Shown here: positions 1-9,449 of the stretch, piece after piece
How positions within the stretch are numbered: position 1 is the stretch's first letter
Layout of the letters: each line of letters opens with the position of its first letter
Assembly: GCA_036834845.1 (NCBI GenBank)
Contig: DAITNB010000008.1
Coordinates: 34,849-98,848, forward strand
DNA from: a bacterium
GTDB taxonomy: Bacteria; Bacteroidota; Ignavibacteria; Kapaibacteriales; Kapaibacteriaceae
DNA: 64,000 bases
Reading direction: 5' to 3'
Made by a program: the position numbers and the translations under genes
Notes under the pieces: model-generated
Databases searched by the model: none
What the model was told of the DNA's origin: nothing
What the model saw: only the letters and a program-made list of their open reading frames with translations

Positions 1-111
1 TGCCGGCGACGCAATCTTTACTGGTACACCCGCCGGAGTGGGTCCTGTTTCTGCCGGCGATGTTGTTCAGTGTTCGCTTTCTTCCATCGCCGAACTCACT
101 GTGAGGTTTGC

Positions 112-1497
112 ATGATGCGTAGGTCACTCTTGCTTTGCTGTGCCACTGCACTCGCATTAATCGCAACCGCGTGCGGCTCGTTTACACGCACAGAGAGAGA
201 TGTGTACACGATTACACACTCAGATACCGTTGTAACGGACAGAGTGATGAACCAACCCGGCGAGCGAGACAATGGAATAGTGCATCCATCTACACGAACA
301 GTTACGATGAATCGCACCATGGTGCAAACTGACTCCGTTGTGGAACGTCACTACCCAGCGTTTATCCGTCTTGGGCTGTTCGAAGGAATCGGCACCATCG
401 GCTCGGCCTCGAGCGATGCCAGCAGCACCTATACCGGACTGTTCGGTGTGTTCTATGATGTAGATCGCTTACTCCATTCCGTTCCTGTAGACACAACAGA
501 AGGCGCGTTGTTTAGTGGCTACATCTATCGTATGGGTATTGCCGAGTGGCGCTTGAGGTGGTTCGACGACGATCCCGATTGGTCGTGGGGTATCAACGCT
601 GTGGAGATTCTTCAACCCGATGCAAAAACAGAGAACACACTTATGGGCTTTGGTGTGTTAACGCTGAACAAGCGGTTCTATCTCTCGAAGAAAATCCCCT
701 ATCTCGCAATACGCCCATCGGTGGCTCTTAGCATGTTCCCCGCACAGTTTGTAAATGCATCCGTCTCCGCCGATGCCGGCAGTATTGGTGGGGTAAATCT
801 CCGGCTGTATGCGGGCTATGCTTTTGGAGCGCGCCTGTTTTCATCGCCAATTCAGTTTACAAACTTCCCCTACTTCGGTGTAGGTGCCTCGGTACTCGAT
901 TTTCTCAACCGCCAGGAAGAACTCGATGTAGAGTGGAAGTACCACGAACATTCCGCGTGGGAAGTTGGCTTAGTAGACTTTGTACTGCTTGGCAGCAATG
1001 CAGAATTCTCTGCTTTTGCTCCCGAAGCCACTGGAGACAAGGTTCCAGTGATGAAGGGGGGCACAGCCAGAGTGGCCTATGCTGCCGTTGCTCTGCCCGT
1101 TCTTGATTACCGACTTTCACTCGGCACCACACTCTTCAACACAGTATTTCTCGGTAGAGATGAGTATGGAATCGGATTTTTTCCACTGCGTTTGTCCTAC
1201 CATCTAAACCCATTTGGATCCAACAGTGTTATTGAGCCATTTTTTGAGTACAACATTGCCCCCTCCACATTCTCCCATCTCGGAGTTCGATTTGCCGTTA
1301 GTGTTGGCGATCAAACATCCCTGCAGATTGTTGGTGGCTGGGTAAACGGCGACGGTAAAACAAACTTTAACACCGGCGGTGGACCCACCCCGCAGAATTC
1401 GTTTAGTGTGGTGTATTTGGGCATTGGCGCAAACCTGTTCGACAGGTTGTTCGGCCGTGGAGACCTTCGGTATGGCAAGGGGTACCAGCATGAATAG
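112..1497 (+). CDS. Lipoprotein with outer-membrane beta-barrel-like body (apparent internal duplication)
   Basis: ATG at 112/115 gives a signal peptide with lipobox (LIATA-C). Body is rich in alternating aromatic/Gly beta-strands. The ORF track start at 70 is probably too far upstream. Confidence 0.6.
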   Translation: MMRRSLLLCCATALALIATACGSFTRTERDVYTITHSDTVVTDRVMNQPGERDNGIVHPSTRTVTMNRTMVQTDSVVERHYPAFIRLGLFEGIGTIGSASSDASSTYTGLFGVFYDVDRLLHSVPVDTTEGALFSGYIYRMGIAEWRLRWFDDDPDWSWGINAVEILQPDAKTENTLMGFGVLTLNKRFYLSKKIPYLAIRPSVALSMFPAQFVNASVSADAGSIGGVNLRLYAGYAFGARLFSSPIQFTNFPYFGVGASVLDFLNRQEELDVEWKYHEHSAWEVGLVDFVLLGSNAEFSAFAPEATGDKVPVMKGGTARVAYAAVALPVLDYRLSLGTTLFNTVFLGRDEYGIGFFPLRLSYHLNPFGSNSVIEPFFEYNIAPSTFSHLGVRFAVSVGDQTSLQIVGGWVNGDGKTNFNTGGGPTPQNSFSVVYLGIGANLFDRLFGRGDLRYGKGYQHE

Positions 1498-2053
1498 CCT
1501 TTGCGCAACTCTTGCCGCCGTTGCAGTTCTCTTCGCCGGTTGCGCCTACGATGAGTTTGCCCAGAAAGGTAACTCCGGGTGGCCCATTCAAACGCGCATT
1601 CTGCGCGAAAGAAAGCACGTAGAGCAAACACACGACAATGCTGTTCGCTTATCCGAAAACGCCAAGATTGGCATGAGGGTACGGCGCTTAACCGATGGTG
1701 TGTTCTCTACCGAGGTGTTGCTGGGCAAAGGGGGCGAGCTTGTTTTGCAAACGCGTAGTACGCCCTACGACGATTCCGTTCGGGCCGATGCCGGTATTGT
1801 TATCTCTGTCCGCGCAGACTCTACAACGGTTCAGGTTGGGTTGGCCAGCGTAAAAAGTGCCGCTCCCATACCAACAACAAAACCATTTGTTGTAGAAATC
1901 GAGAACAACGGACGGTGGACTGTTGTTACCGTAGCATGCACAGAGGTTGCTCGCATCCACACGACTGTGCCATCAACCGAGTGGGTTATTGCATCGGTTC
2001 CGTCTGGGGGCTGGGCACACCTGCTCGATCCATCATTCACGCCATTGAATTAA
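1490..2053 (+). CDS. Hypothetical lipoprotein, possible concanavalin-A-like beta-sandwich
   Basis: ATG at 1490 overlaps the end of the upstream gene. MNSLCATLAAVAVLFAG-C lipobox; beta-rich mature part. Confidence 0.55.
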   Translation: MNSLCATLAAVAVLFAGCAYDEFAQKGNSGWPIQTRILRERKHVEQTHDNAVRLSENAKIGMRVRRLTDGVFSTEVLLGKGGELVLQTRSTPYDDSVRADAGIVISVRADSTTVQVGLASVKSAAPIPTTKPFVVEIENNGRWTVVTVACTEVARIHTTVPSTEWVIASVPSGGWAHLLDPSFTPLN

Positions 2054-2069
2054 CTCCACAAAAACTCGA

Positions 2070-3464
2070 ATGAACACTCCCGTGCAGTTATCAGAACGCG
2101 TTACCATTGTTGGTGGCGGTCTTGTTGGCGCCTTACTCGGAACCATGCTTGCAGATCGCGGCGCACGCGTAACCATCTTTGAGCGACGTCCAGATATGCG
2201 ATCGGCCACCATACAGGCCGGACGCAGTATCAACCTTGCTATGTCCGACCGTGGGCTGCGTGCGCTGGAGGGTGCGGGGTTGGCAAACGACATACGCGCT
2301 ATTGCCATACCCATGCACGGACGTATGATGCACGGAGTAGACGGCAGCACAACATATCAGCCCTACGGCGTGGAGGGTCAGTTCATCAACAGTGTTTCGC
2401 GCGGAGAACTCAACAAAACACTCCTTACCGCAGCCGAACGAAGCGGCGTTGAGATTGTGTTCAATGCACGCTGTGTGGACGTAGACTTGGAGTGGCCGGG
2501 TGCAACTTTTCAACTGCCTACCGGAGAAACCATAACATCGAAAGCCGACATCTTGTTTGGTGCCGATGGTGCATACAGCGCAGTGCGTGGTAGAATGCAG
2601 TTTGCTGATAGATTCAACTACTCGCAAACGTATCTCGAGCATGGCTACAAGGAGTTACATATTCCGCCGGATGCCACTGGCGCTTTTCGGTTAGAGAAGA
2701 ATGCTCTTCACATCTGGCCGCGCAAGAGTTTCATGATGATTGGTCTGCCAAACTTGGATGGCAGCTTTACCATGACGTTGTTCTTTGCACACGAAGGTAA
2801 TCCTTCGTTCAGAACACTCGATACCCGCGAGCGAGTTGCAGAGTTCTTCGAAGAGCAGTTCCCGGATGCTGTTCCTCTTATGCCATCGTTGTTAGACGAC
2901 TTCTTTACCAACCCTGAATCGTCTCTTATGATGGTGCGGTGCTCTCCGTGGGTAATAAACAACTCGGTTGCCCTCATCGGCGATGCCGCCCATGCCATCG
3001 TTCCCTTTTATGGTCAGGGCATGAACTGTGGATTCGAAGACTGCAGAGTTCTACTCGAGTGCATCGATGCACATAATGGCGATTGGGCTGCCGCACTGCG
3101 CCATTACGAGCAGCTGCGCAAGCCGGCCGGTAATGCAATCCTAGAGTTGGCACTCGACAATTTTGTGGAGATGAGAGACAAGGTTGCAGACCCACAGTTC
3201 TTGTTGCGCAAACAAATCGAAGCGTGGCTCTACAGCGAGTATCCTACAAAGTTCATTCCGCTTTACACGCTGGTAACGTTCTCCAGCGATGTGCCCTATA
3301 ACGAAGCACAACGCATCGGGCGCGAGCAAGACCAGCTAATGACCGCAGTTCTCGAGCACCCGGCTGTGACGTTGGATTGGAAGAGTGAGGCAGCGCAGGC
3401 ATACCTGCGGTTAGTAATGGAGGCGCGACCGCCCATATCGGTTGCGTCGGGGTCGCCCGTTTAA
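2070..3464 (+). CDS. kmo: Kynurenine 3-monooxygenase (FAD-dependent)
   Basis: GGGLVG FAD motif, GRSINLAMSDRG, DGAYSAVR, EHGYKEL, LHIWPR..FMMIGLPN.DGSFT, GDAAHAIVPFYGQGMNCGFED: all KMO-family signatures. Confidence 0.93.
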   Translation: MNTPVQLSERVTIVGGGLVGALLGTMLADRGARVTIFERRPDMRSATIQAGRSINLAMSDRGLRALEGAGLANDIRAIAIPMHGRMMHGVDGSTTYQPYGVEGQFINSVSRGELNKTLLTAAERSGVEIVFNARCVDVDLEWPGATFQLPTGETITSKADILFGADGAYSAVRGRMQFADRFNYSQTYLEHGYKELHIPPDATGAFRLEKNALHIWPRKSFMMIGLPNLDGSFTMTLFFAHEGNPSFRTLDTRERVAEFFEEQFPDAVPLMPSLLDDFFTNPESSLMMVRCSPWVINNSVALIGDAAHAIVPFYGQGMNCGFEDCRVLLECIDAHNGDWAAALRHYEQLRKPAGNAILELALDNFVEMRDKVADPQFLLRKQIEAWLYSEYPTKFIPLYTLVTFSSDVPYNEAQRIGREQDQLMTAVLEHPAVTLDWKSEAAQAYLRLVMEARPPISVASGSPV

Positions 3465-6037
3465 CGGCGAACCACCACGGACACTGTTTCGGACGTAAGG
3501 GGTCCGGTTAGGCGCACGTAGTATGTGCCTTGTTCCCATGTATCTGTTGGAACGCGTAGTGTGATAGCCCGCCTACTTGTTCGAGGGGTCATCACGTCTT
3601 CCCACGAATACATCGTTCTACCCATAACGTCTGTAATTACAATGGAATAGGTGCCAACGGCATCGAGTGTAGTAGACACGATTAGGTGGTCGGAAGCAGG
3701 ATTGGGTCCAACGTTGATTGTAGATGGTTTCGACAGCCGAATCATTCTACCCTCGCTGTAACAAACAGGATCTACCGTTACCGACCCATCTTCGACTGTC
3801 GTAATAGGATTCATCCCACTGCGAAGCCAAGCAACATCAACCACGTCTAATGCAGTTGTGTTAACACCGCACAGTAGCACCATGCAGGCAATCTCGGTTA
3901 AGGTAGATGATCCAGGCGGTATGGTAATTCCATCAAGGTCGATCGTAATCGTCCGCTCACTCCTAAGCACGTCTATCACATCATTCACCACTGTTCCGCG
4001 CGTTACAGCCCACGGCGCAAGCATCTGAATATTCATGCGAATGCGCACCAGCAAGCGAGCATTGGCCAGCTCTATCGTGTCGGGCTGCAAATGTGCCCGA
4101 ACGGGAAGGAACAACGCAGTATTGCCTACCACGGCCGTTGTGTCCGACATGGAAATGTGAATTCGTGCCGGATCTACTTTTGCGCGCACAGCAAACGTTT
4201 GTGATACCGGACACGGAGCCGAAATGCTAACTGAGAGATTCTCTGTGTACACACCTTCGCCAGATGGAGCAAACACCAGCTCTACATCTGCGCTCGAGAA
4301 CGGCGGTATAATCAACGGAAATACCGAGGTGTTGGCCACGGTAAACCGTGTGCCGTTCGCAACTCTTTCTACAACAATCGGATCGTCGTCTAAACTTGTT
4401 ATTCGCAGCGCCGCAGTGGCTGCGCGTTGGTAATCCACGTTGCCAAAGTCTACAACCGTCTGAACGTTAACGAGTGTAGGATCTGCCCGCACAACGAGTC
4501 CACTCACTGTTTGTGAACAGCCCGCAGAGTCGGTAGCAGTTACGCTATACACTCCTTCGGCAGTAACCCATATTGTGCGTGTAGTTGCTCCAGTACTCCA
4601 GCGGTAAAACATGTATCCGGGGTCGGCCACAAGTTCTACGCTGCCGCCCGGACAAATTTCGCCGCCACCGGTGGCGTGGAATGTGGCCCTGCTTGGCACC
4701 TTCCACTCAAATCCAGTTACAACAAGTCCCGGAGCGCCATCCCCTGCTCCCCACGAGCTGTAGCGGACGCTGTCGGCTGTTTCCGGAGAAATATGAATTC
4801 CTGCGCGCCCACCCGAAAGATCTGCGTTGAGTGAGACGCTGGTTGGAGAGGTAAGAATTACTGCGCCACCACCGCCACCGCCGCCGGGCCCATTGGGTTG
4901 GTAGCGCGCGCCAACTATGCCGCCATTGCCACCTTTCGCTTCAATGGAGATGGGCGTAGCATACGTTGCAACGTCCAGAAGCACCGATCCACCTGCACCG
5001 CCACCTCCGGCACCATCGCCGGGCTGCATAAATGCGCCATTCCATGCTGCGGTATCGGCAACTGTTGCTCCGTTTGCAATAATCTTTCCGCCCTGCGATA
5101 TCAAGAGTGGTGTGCGGATGATTACAATGCCTCCGCCACGTCCGCCGGCAGTGCCCTGCACGTCGTTCTGATGTCCGCCGCCTCCACCACCGCCCATAAA
5201 AACGCGTTGTTTGAGGAGCAGCGAGTCTACCGTCTGACCGGGGAAGCCCCCTTGCCTGCGAAACTGCTGACACCACGTGTTGGCATCACCACCATGTCCG
5301 CCGCTACCGGCATTGCTTCCACCAGCGCCACCGGCATTACCGCCGTTGCCGCCGCCGCCACCTGTTGCAAATGGTCCCTTGCTAGACACAGACTGCTCTT
5401 GCGATAGAGTAGCTATACCGTCGCCCTTTTCGCCCCCTTCACCAAAAATGTAGAACGAGGCCCACGTAGTTGGCGTACATACGTCCCGCGGCAACGAAGG
5501 AAAGCCGCCACGGAATCCCGATGCGCTAGCCGAGATGTCTGATTGGAGTGTTAACGACTCCGTGGCATGGATAACCACAACACCACCCGTGGCGCCATTA
5601 AACACCGGGGCCGTTACTGTGCCTGTAGTTAACGCCTGTTGCACCTTGCGAACCTTTACAAGCTGCAGCGCACCCCGAGGCGAGTAGGGATGAACCCACG
5701 TTGTTGTAAAGGTAATCCGATCGTTCGAAATCGAGCCAATAACAAGGAACTCCGCGCATCCGGCGCCATTCATGTCCAGAATAGTGCCATAGGTAGAATC
5801 GTTCTTTTCGGAGATGCGCGCCCCCTTCATCTGAATAAGGAGCACTTCGTCTCCCACAGAAAAGGCACTGGCCGACCGTACACGTATGGTACTATCGCAG
5901 GCAATCACTTCGATAACGGGCTCGTATACATTCACAACGCCCCGAAGCTGCTCGATGGGGGCAACAGTCTGTGTGTGCGCCGGTAGGTACCAGCACAAGA
6001 GTGCCACAATCACGATATGTATCCGGCCCAGGAACAT
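3461..6037 (-). CDS. T9SS-secreted protein: glycine-rich N-terminal domain, Ig-like and cohesin-like domains, C-terminal sorting domain
   Basis: Signal peptide from MFLGRIHIV (ATG 6037; ORF extends to 6079). Long GGxGG tracts; VDFGNV Ig-like (choice-of-anchor D-like) repeat; C-terminal VGPNPASDHL...TVSVVVRR CTD. Confidence 0.75.
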   Translation of the reverse strand: MFLGRIHIVIVALLCWYLPAHTQTVAPIEQLRGVVNVYEPVIEVIACDSTIRVRSASAFSVGDEVLLIQMKGARISEKNDSTYGTILDMNGAGCAEFLVIGSISNDRITFTTTWVHPYSPRGALQLVKVRKVQQALTTGTVTAPVFNGATGGVVVIHATESLTLQSDISASASGFRGGFPSLPRDVCTPTTWASFYIFGEGGEKGDGIATLSQEQSVSSKGPFATGGGGGNGGNAGGAGGSNAGSGGHGGDANTWCQQFRRQGGFPGQTVDSLLLKQRVFMGGGGGGGHQNDVQGTAGGRGGGIVIIRTPLLISQGGKIIANGATVADTAAWNGAFMQPGDGAGGGGAGGSVLLDVATYATPISIEAKGGNGGIVGARYQPNGPGGGGGGGAVILTSPTSVSLNADLSGGRAGIHISPETADSVRYSSWGAGDGAPGLVVTGFEWKVPSRATFHATGGGEICPGGSVELVADPGYMFYRWSTGATTRTIWVTAEGVYSVTATDSAGCSQTVSGLVVRADPTLVNVQTVVDFGNVDYQRAATAALRITSLDDDPIVVERVANGTRFTVANTSVFPLIIPPFSSADVELVFAPSGEGVYTENLSVSISAPCPVSQTFAVRAKVDPARIHISMSDTTAVVGNTALFLPVRAHLQPDTIELANARLLVRIRMNIQMLAPWAVTRGTVVNDVIDVLRSERTITIDLDGITIPPGSSTLTEIACMVLLCGVNTTALDVVDVAWLRSGMNPITTVEDGSVTVDPVCYSEGRMIRLSKPSTINVGPNPASDHLIVSTTLDAVGTYSIVITDVMGRTMYSWEDVMTPRTSRRAITLRVPTDTWEQGTYYVRLTGPLTSETVSVVVRR

Positions 6038-6104
6038 GTTCGAGTATACCACTCTCCCAACTTCCATGCCAATCTTCACAAGTTTTCCCCATCTTTATAC
6101 CCAG

Positions 6105-7043
6105 ATGCGTACCCTTTATCCCCCAAAACTCCGTCGCGGCGCAACTATTGGTATTGTTTCGCCGGCTTCTCCACAGCGCGATGTGGCGCGTCTTCACCGC
6201 GGAATTCGATATCTGGAAGGCCTTGGCTACCACGTGAAGATGGGAGAGGCCGCACTTAATGTACACGGCGGATACCTGGCCGGCACGGATGCTAACCGCG
6301 CTCGTGATATTCAGGAAATGTTCGAGGACCCGGGGGTTGACGCAATTTTTTGTGCACGGGGTGGTTATGGTTCTGCACGGATTCTTCCGCTGCTCAATTA
6401 CGAGCGCATTCGGAAGAACCCGAAGATCCTCGTGGGATTTAGCGATATAACGGCGCTGCAACTGGCGTTATGGAAGAACTGCAAACTTGTTACGTTCAGT
6501 GGTGCGATGCCGTCTGTAGACATGGCGGATGAGTTCGACAGTAGCTCCGAAGAACAGTTTTGGCGCGTGCTTACATCCGCAAAACGCCTGGGCGCGCTAC
6601 ATCAGCCGTGGAAGATGGGTGTGATACAACACGGCGGTGCGAGTGGACGCATACTTGGAGGCAACCTTAGTGTGCTGTGTTCTCTGCTTGGCACGGGCTA
6701 TATGCCGTCCATGCGCGGTGCAATACTGGCATTGGAAGATGTGGGAGAGCACACGTACAGGATAGACCGCATGTTAACACAGCTTGCCTATGCTTGTAAG
6801 GGGGCGCGTCCGGCCGGTGTGGCATATGGCTTTTGGTCGCAGCGTGCTCCCCGCAGAGGAGGCACGCCACGAAGAGAGGTTGTAGAAGTATTGGCAGAAA
6901 GACTCGACATAACGCGTGGACCAATCATGTCGGAGCTGATGTATGGTCATGAAAAAACAAAACTTACGCTACCGTTTGGAGCGATGGCATCGCTTGACTC
7001 AACAAGGCGCACACTCACGTTGACGGAATCGGCTGTTCAATAA
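6105..7043 (+). CDS. ldcA: LD-carboxypeptidase (peptidase S66, LdcA/MccF family)
   Basis: IGIVSPAS, ARGGYGSARILP, GFSDITAL (Ser), GGNLSV, LEDVGE (Glu), GHEK (His). Start refined to ATG 6105. Confidence 0.88.
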   Translation: MRTLYPPKLRRGATIGIVSPASPQRDVARLHRGIRYLEGLGYHVKMGEAALNVHGGYLAGTDANRARDIQEMFEDPGVDAIFCARGGYGSARILPLLNYERIRKNPKILVGFSDITALQLALWKNCKLVTFSGAMPSVDMADEFDSSSEEQFWRVLTSAKRLGALHQPWKMGVIQHGGASGRILGGNLSVLCSLLGTGYMPSMRGAILALEDVGEHTYRIDRMLTQLAYACKGARPAGVAYGFWSQRAPRRGGTPRREVVEVLAERLDITRGPIMSELMYGHEKTKLTLPFGAMASLDSTRRTLTLTESAVQ

Positions 7044-7057
7044 CCAGAAAGACTGTA

Positions 7058-7708
7058 ATGTTTCTTGGTCACTTCGCAATTGCGTTAGCCGCAAAACGAG
7101 CTACCCCTAATACCTCGCTCGGAACACTGTTTGCCGCGGCCCAGCTCGTGGATTTGCTCTGGCCGATGTTCTTACTTCTCGGTATGGAGCACGTTGCCAT
7201 TGTACCGGGCATAACAACAGTTACACCGCTCGACTTCTGGGACTACCCCATAACACACTCTTTGGTGGGCAGCATAGGGTGGGCTGTGCTGTTTGGTGTT
7301 GGTGTGTATCTGCGGACAAAAAATCGCTCTTCCGCCCTTGTTGTTGGTAGTGTAGTAGCAAGCCATTGGTTTCTCGATCTACTTATGCACCAACCTGATT
7401 TGCCGCTAACAACGAACACATCCGCAAAGCTTGGCTTTGGCATGTGGAACAATCTGCCTCTTACTTTTCTTTGCGAGTTTGGTCTGTTCTTTCTTGGTGT
7501 TGCCATCTACATGCGCACTACTACAGCGATAGACAATATTGGACGTTGGGGATTACTTACGCTACTGGGATCACTCGGAGCAATCTATCTTGCGAGCGTA
7601 TTTGGTCCGCCCCCTCCCAATGCTCAGTCCATTGCCATTGCGGGCAATGCAACGTGGTTGTTTGTGGCATGGGCGTGGTGGACAGACAGGCACAGAGGCG
7701 TGCGATAA
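7058..7708 (+). CDS. Membrane-bound metal-dependent hydrolase (YdjM/DUF457-like)
   Basis: MFLGHFAIALAAK, QLVDLLWP, THSL, SHWFLDLLMH motifs; about 6 TM segments. Confidence 0.75.
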   Translation: MFLGHFAIALAAKRATPNTSLGTLFAAAQLVDLLWPMFLLLGMEHVAIVPGITTVTPLDFWDYPITHSLVGSIGWAVLFGVGVYLRTKNRSSALVVGSVVASHWFLDLLMHQPDLPLTTNTSAKLGFGMWNNLPLTFLCEFGLFFLGVAIYMRTTTAIDNIGRWGLLTLLGSLGAIYLASVFGPPPPNAQSIAIAGNATWLFVAWAWWTDRHRGVR

Positions 7709-7709
7709 C

Positions 7710-8603
7710 CTATCGAACGTTTTCCGCCACTGCCGAAAGCAGATCTTCGATAACGGCAAGCTGAACAGCAGATGCTTCCATCACGAGAGTGCGGTACAAC
7801 GTGTTGCTCATGAGCGATCCATACGCAGATATCGTGTTGGCAGGGGGCGTGTGGAGCGCAGCAATCAACTCTGCTAAGGCGGATGCACCGTTTCGCAGTA
7901 TTCCCATTGCCACAGCATCGCCTTCATCAGCATAGGTTGCAACGGCTATCCCAAGCTTTGCCGCATTGTCCATGGCGGCGCGACGCAAACCCTGGCGAAC
8001 ACTTTCGTGATTATCGCTGTCTGCACGCACAAAGGCGGCCACCGGACGTATGAGTTTTGTGGGATTGCCCCTTCCATCTAACATCCGTGCAACAGCCCTA
8101 CAGGCCTGTACACCCAGCCATGCACCACTTCCCGCATCGTCTATCCGCGCTCCCCATCCACCACAGCGGGTAATGGTGCCATCGGCGTTTCGCCTTAGGG
8201 CAATCGAGCCGGTGCCGGCAATAAGCACACATCCGGGTTGGGAGCCATGCGCCGCAAACAGCGCTAGCTCTGCGTCGCTCATCACCACAAACTCCGGCAC
8301 AAGGTGATCTACATACACCTGCCACGACTCGCGAATACGTTCTGCATAGAGGTGACGTTCGGTGCTTGTCCAAATGCCGGCCATGCCAATCATTACCAAG
8401 GGCGGCACAACATGTTCGCCGTGTTCGGGAGTAAGGGTGCTGGACGCGATAAAGGCACCCACCATTCTGCAGAGATCGTCGGTGCGCATGTCTCCCGCAA
8501 TGGGCTTGGCAGACGGGAGTGTTTTCCGCGACACAAGGCGGGCACCTGCCACCAACCCTACATCCGTAGTGGTGCCGCCGCCATCGATAATAAGTGCGCG
8601 CAT
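7710..8603 (-). CDS. BadF/BadG/BcrA/BcrD family ATPase; N-acetylglucosamine/N-acetylmuramic acid kinase-like
   Basis: IDGGGTTT phosphate-1 motif, SDAELAL, LIAGTGSIA, GGWG..IDDAGSGAWLG. Confidence 0.82.
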   Translation of the reverse strand: MRALIIDGGGTTTDVGLVAGARLVSRKTLPSAKPIAGDMRTDDLCRMVGAFIASSTLTPEHGEHVVPPLVMIGMAGIWTSTERHLYAERIRESWQVYVDHLVPEFVVMSDAELALFAAHGSQPGCVLIAGTGSIALRRNADGTITRCGGWGARIDDAGSGAWLGVQACRAVARMLDGRGNPTKLIRPVAAFVRADSDNHESVRQGLRRAAMDNAAKLGIAVATYADEGDAVAMGILRNGASALAELIAALHTPPANTISAYGSLMSNTLYRTLVMEASAVQLAVIEDLLSAVAENVR

Positions 8604-8621
8604 AGCCGCGGCCTATAAGGT

Positions 8622-9416
8622 TTAGCCGGCCTTAGGGGGCTGCCAGGTTCCGCGTTTCCAAGACTGCAGTTCGATGGTAACAGAACCAACGTACACCTTC
8701 ATCTTGGCCTTTATGGGAATGCGAGCTTCATCGTCGCTGAACCATCCTTCGAACCTACCGGTAAGACCATACACGCCGGTCCAGTTGGCATCGCCATTAA
8801 AATAAATCGTGCGCACCGGATATGAACTTGCATCGATGCTAACAGACTCCTTGGTGCCTTGAAAGTTGATTACGGTGTTTACGGTGTCTTCCATAATCAC
8901 CGTAGGAATCCTCAAGCTCTTTTTCGAAAGCAGCATTGAACGCGCCGCAAACAAGAGCGAGCTGCCCTCGTTAAAACGCTTTTTGATATCTACCACCTTG
9001 GAGCTCGTCTTTTGTTTATCACGATACTTCTCCATCGTGATTCTTTTGTTGATGTAGTCGAAGAGATACTGGTCGAACTCCCACTTGTCGTCCTCAACTT
9101 GTGTGTTGGCGGTGAACTTACGAGAGTAGGTTATCGTAGTGTCCATCCATGACTCGTACACGCTGTGAAGCGAAACAAACGGAATGTTCGGATGCGAGTT
9201 GATGTATACCTTTACTTTGTAGCTCTTCTGTCCGTCCAATGTTGTTACCGGCTCGGCAACTGTTTTAATGGTGCCAAGGGTGATGTTCATGTACGATACG
9301 CGATACGTAAGTTCTTCTCCCGGTTGAAAGAAGCTTGCGTCTTGCGCCCAAGCACAAACGCCGGCAACAATGCCAAGCACAAGGAGATGAACAATACGCA
9401 TTGTTGTGCGGACCAT
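8622..9416 (-). CDS. DUF3108 domain secreted protein
   Basis: Signal peptide; FQPGEELTYRVSY..I.LG start and WFSDDEARIPIKAKMKVYVGSVTIEL end are typical of DUF3108. Confidence 0.75.
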   Translation of the reverse strand: MVRTTMRIVHLLVLGIVAGVCAWAQDASFFQPGEELTYRVSYMNITLGTIKTVAEPVTTLDGQKSYKVKVYINSHPNIPFVSLHSVYESWMDTTITYSRKFTANTQVEDDKWEFDQYLFDYINKRITMEKYRDKQKTSSKVVDIKKRFNEGSSLLFAARSMLLSKKSLRIPTVIMEDTVNTVINFQGTKESVSIDASSYPVRTIYFNGDANWTGVYGLTGRFEGWFSDDEARIPIKAKMKVYVGSVTIELQSWKRGTWQPPKAG

Positions 9417-9449
9417 GGGTGTGCTTTCGAGTGGACTTCGTGGTGTTGG

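Noticed and set aside
4600-5450. GCC/GGC-rich DNA as a nucleotide repeat, and the antisense Pro/Ala-rich ORFs (4898-5407, 4917-5171)
   Set aside because: Explained by Gly codons of the minus-strand T9SS protein; third positions vary.
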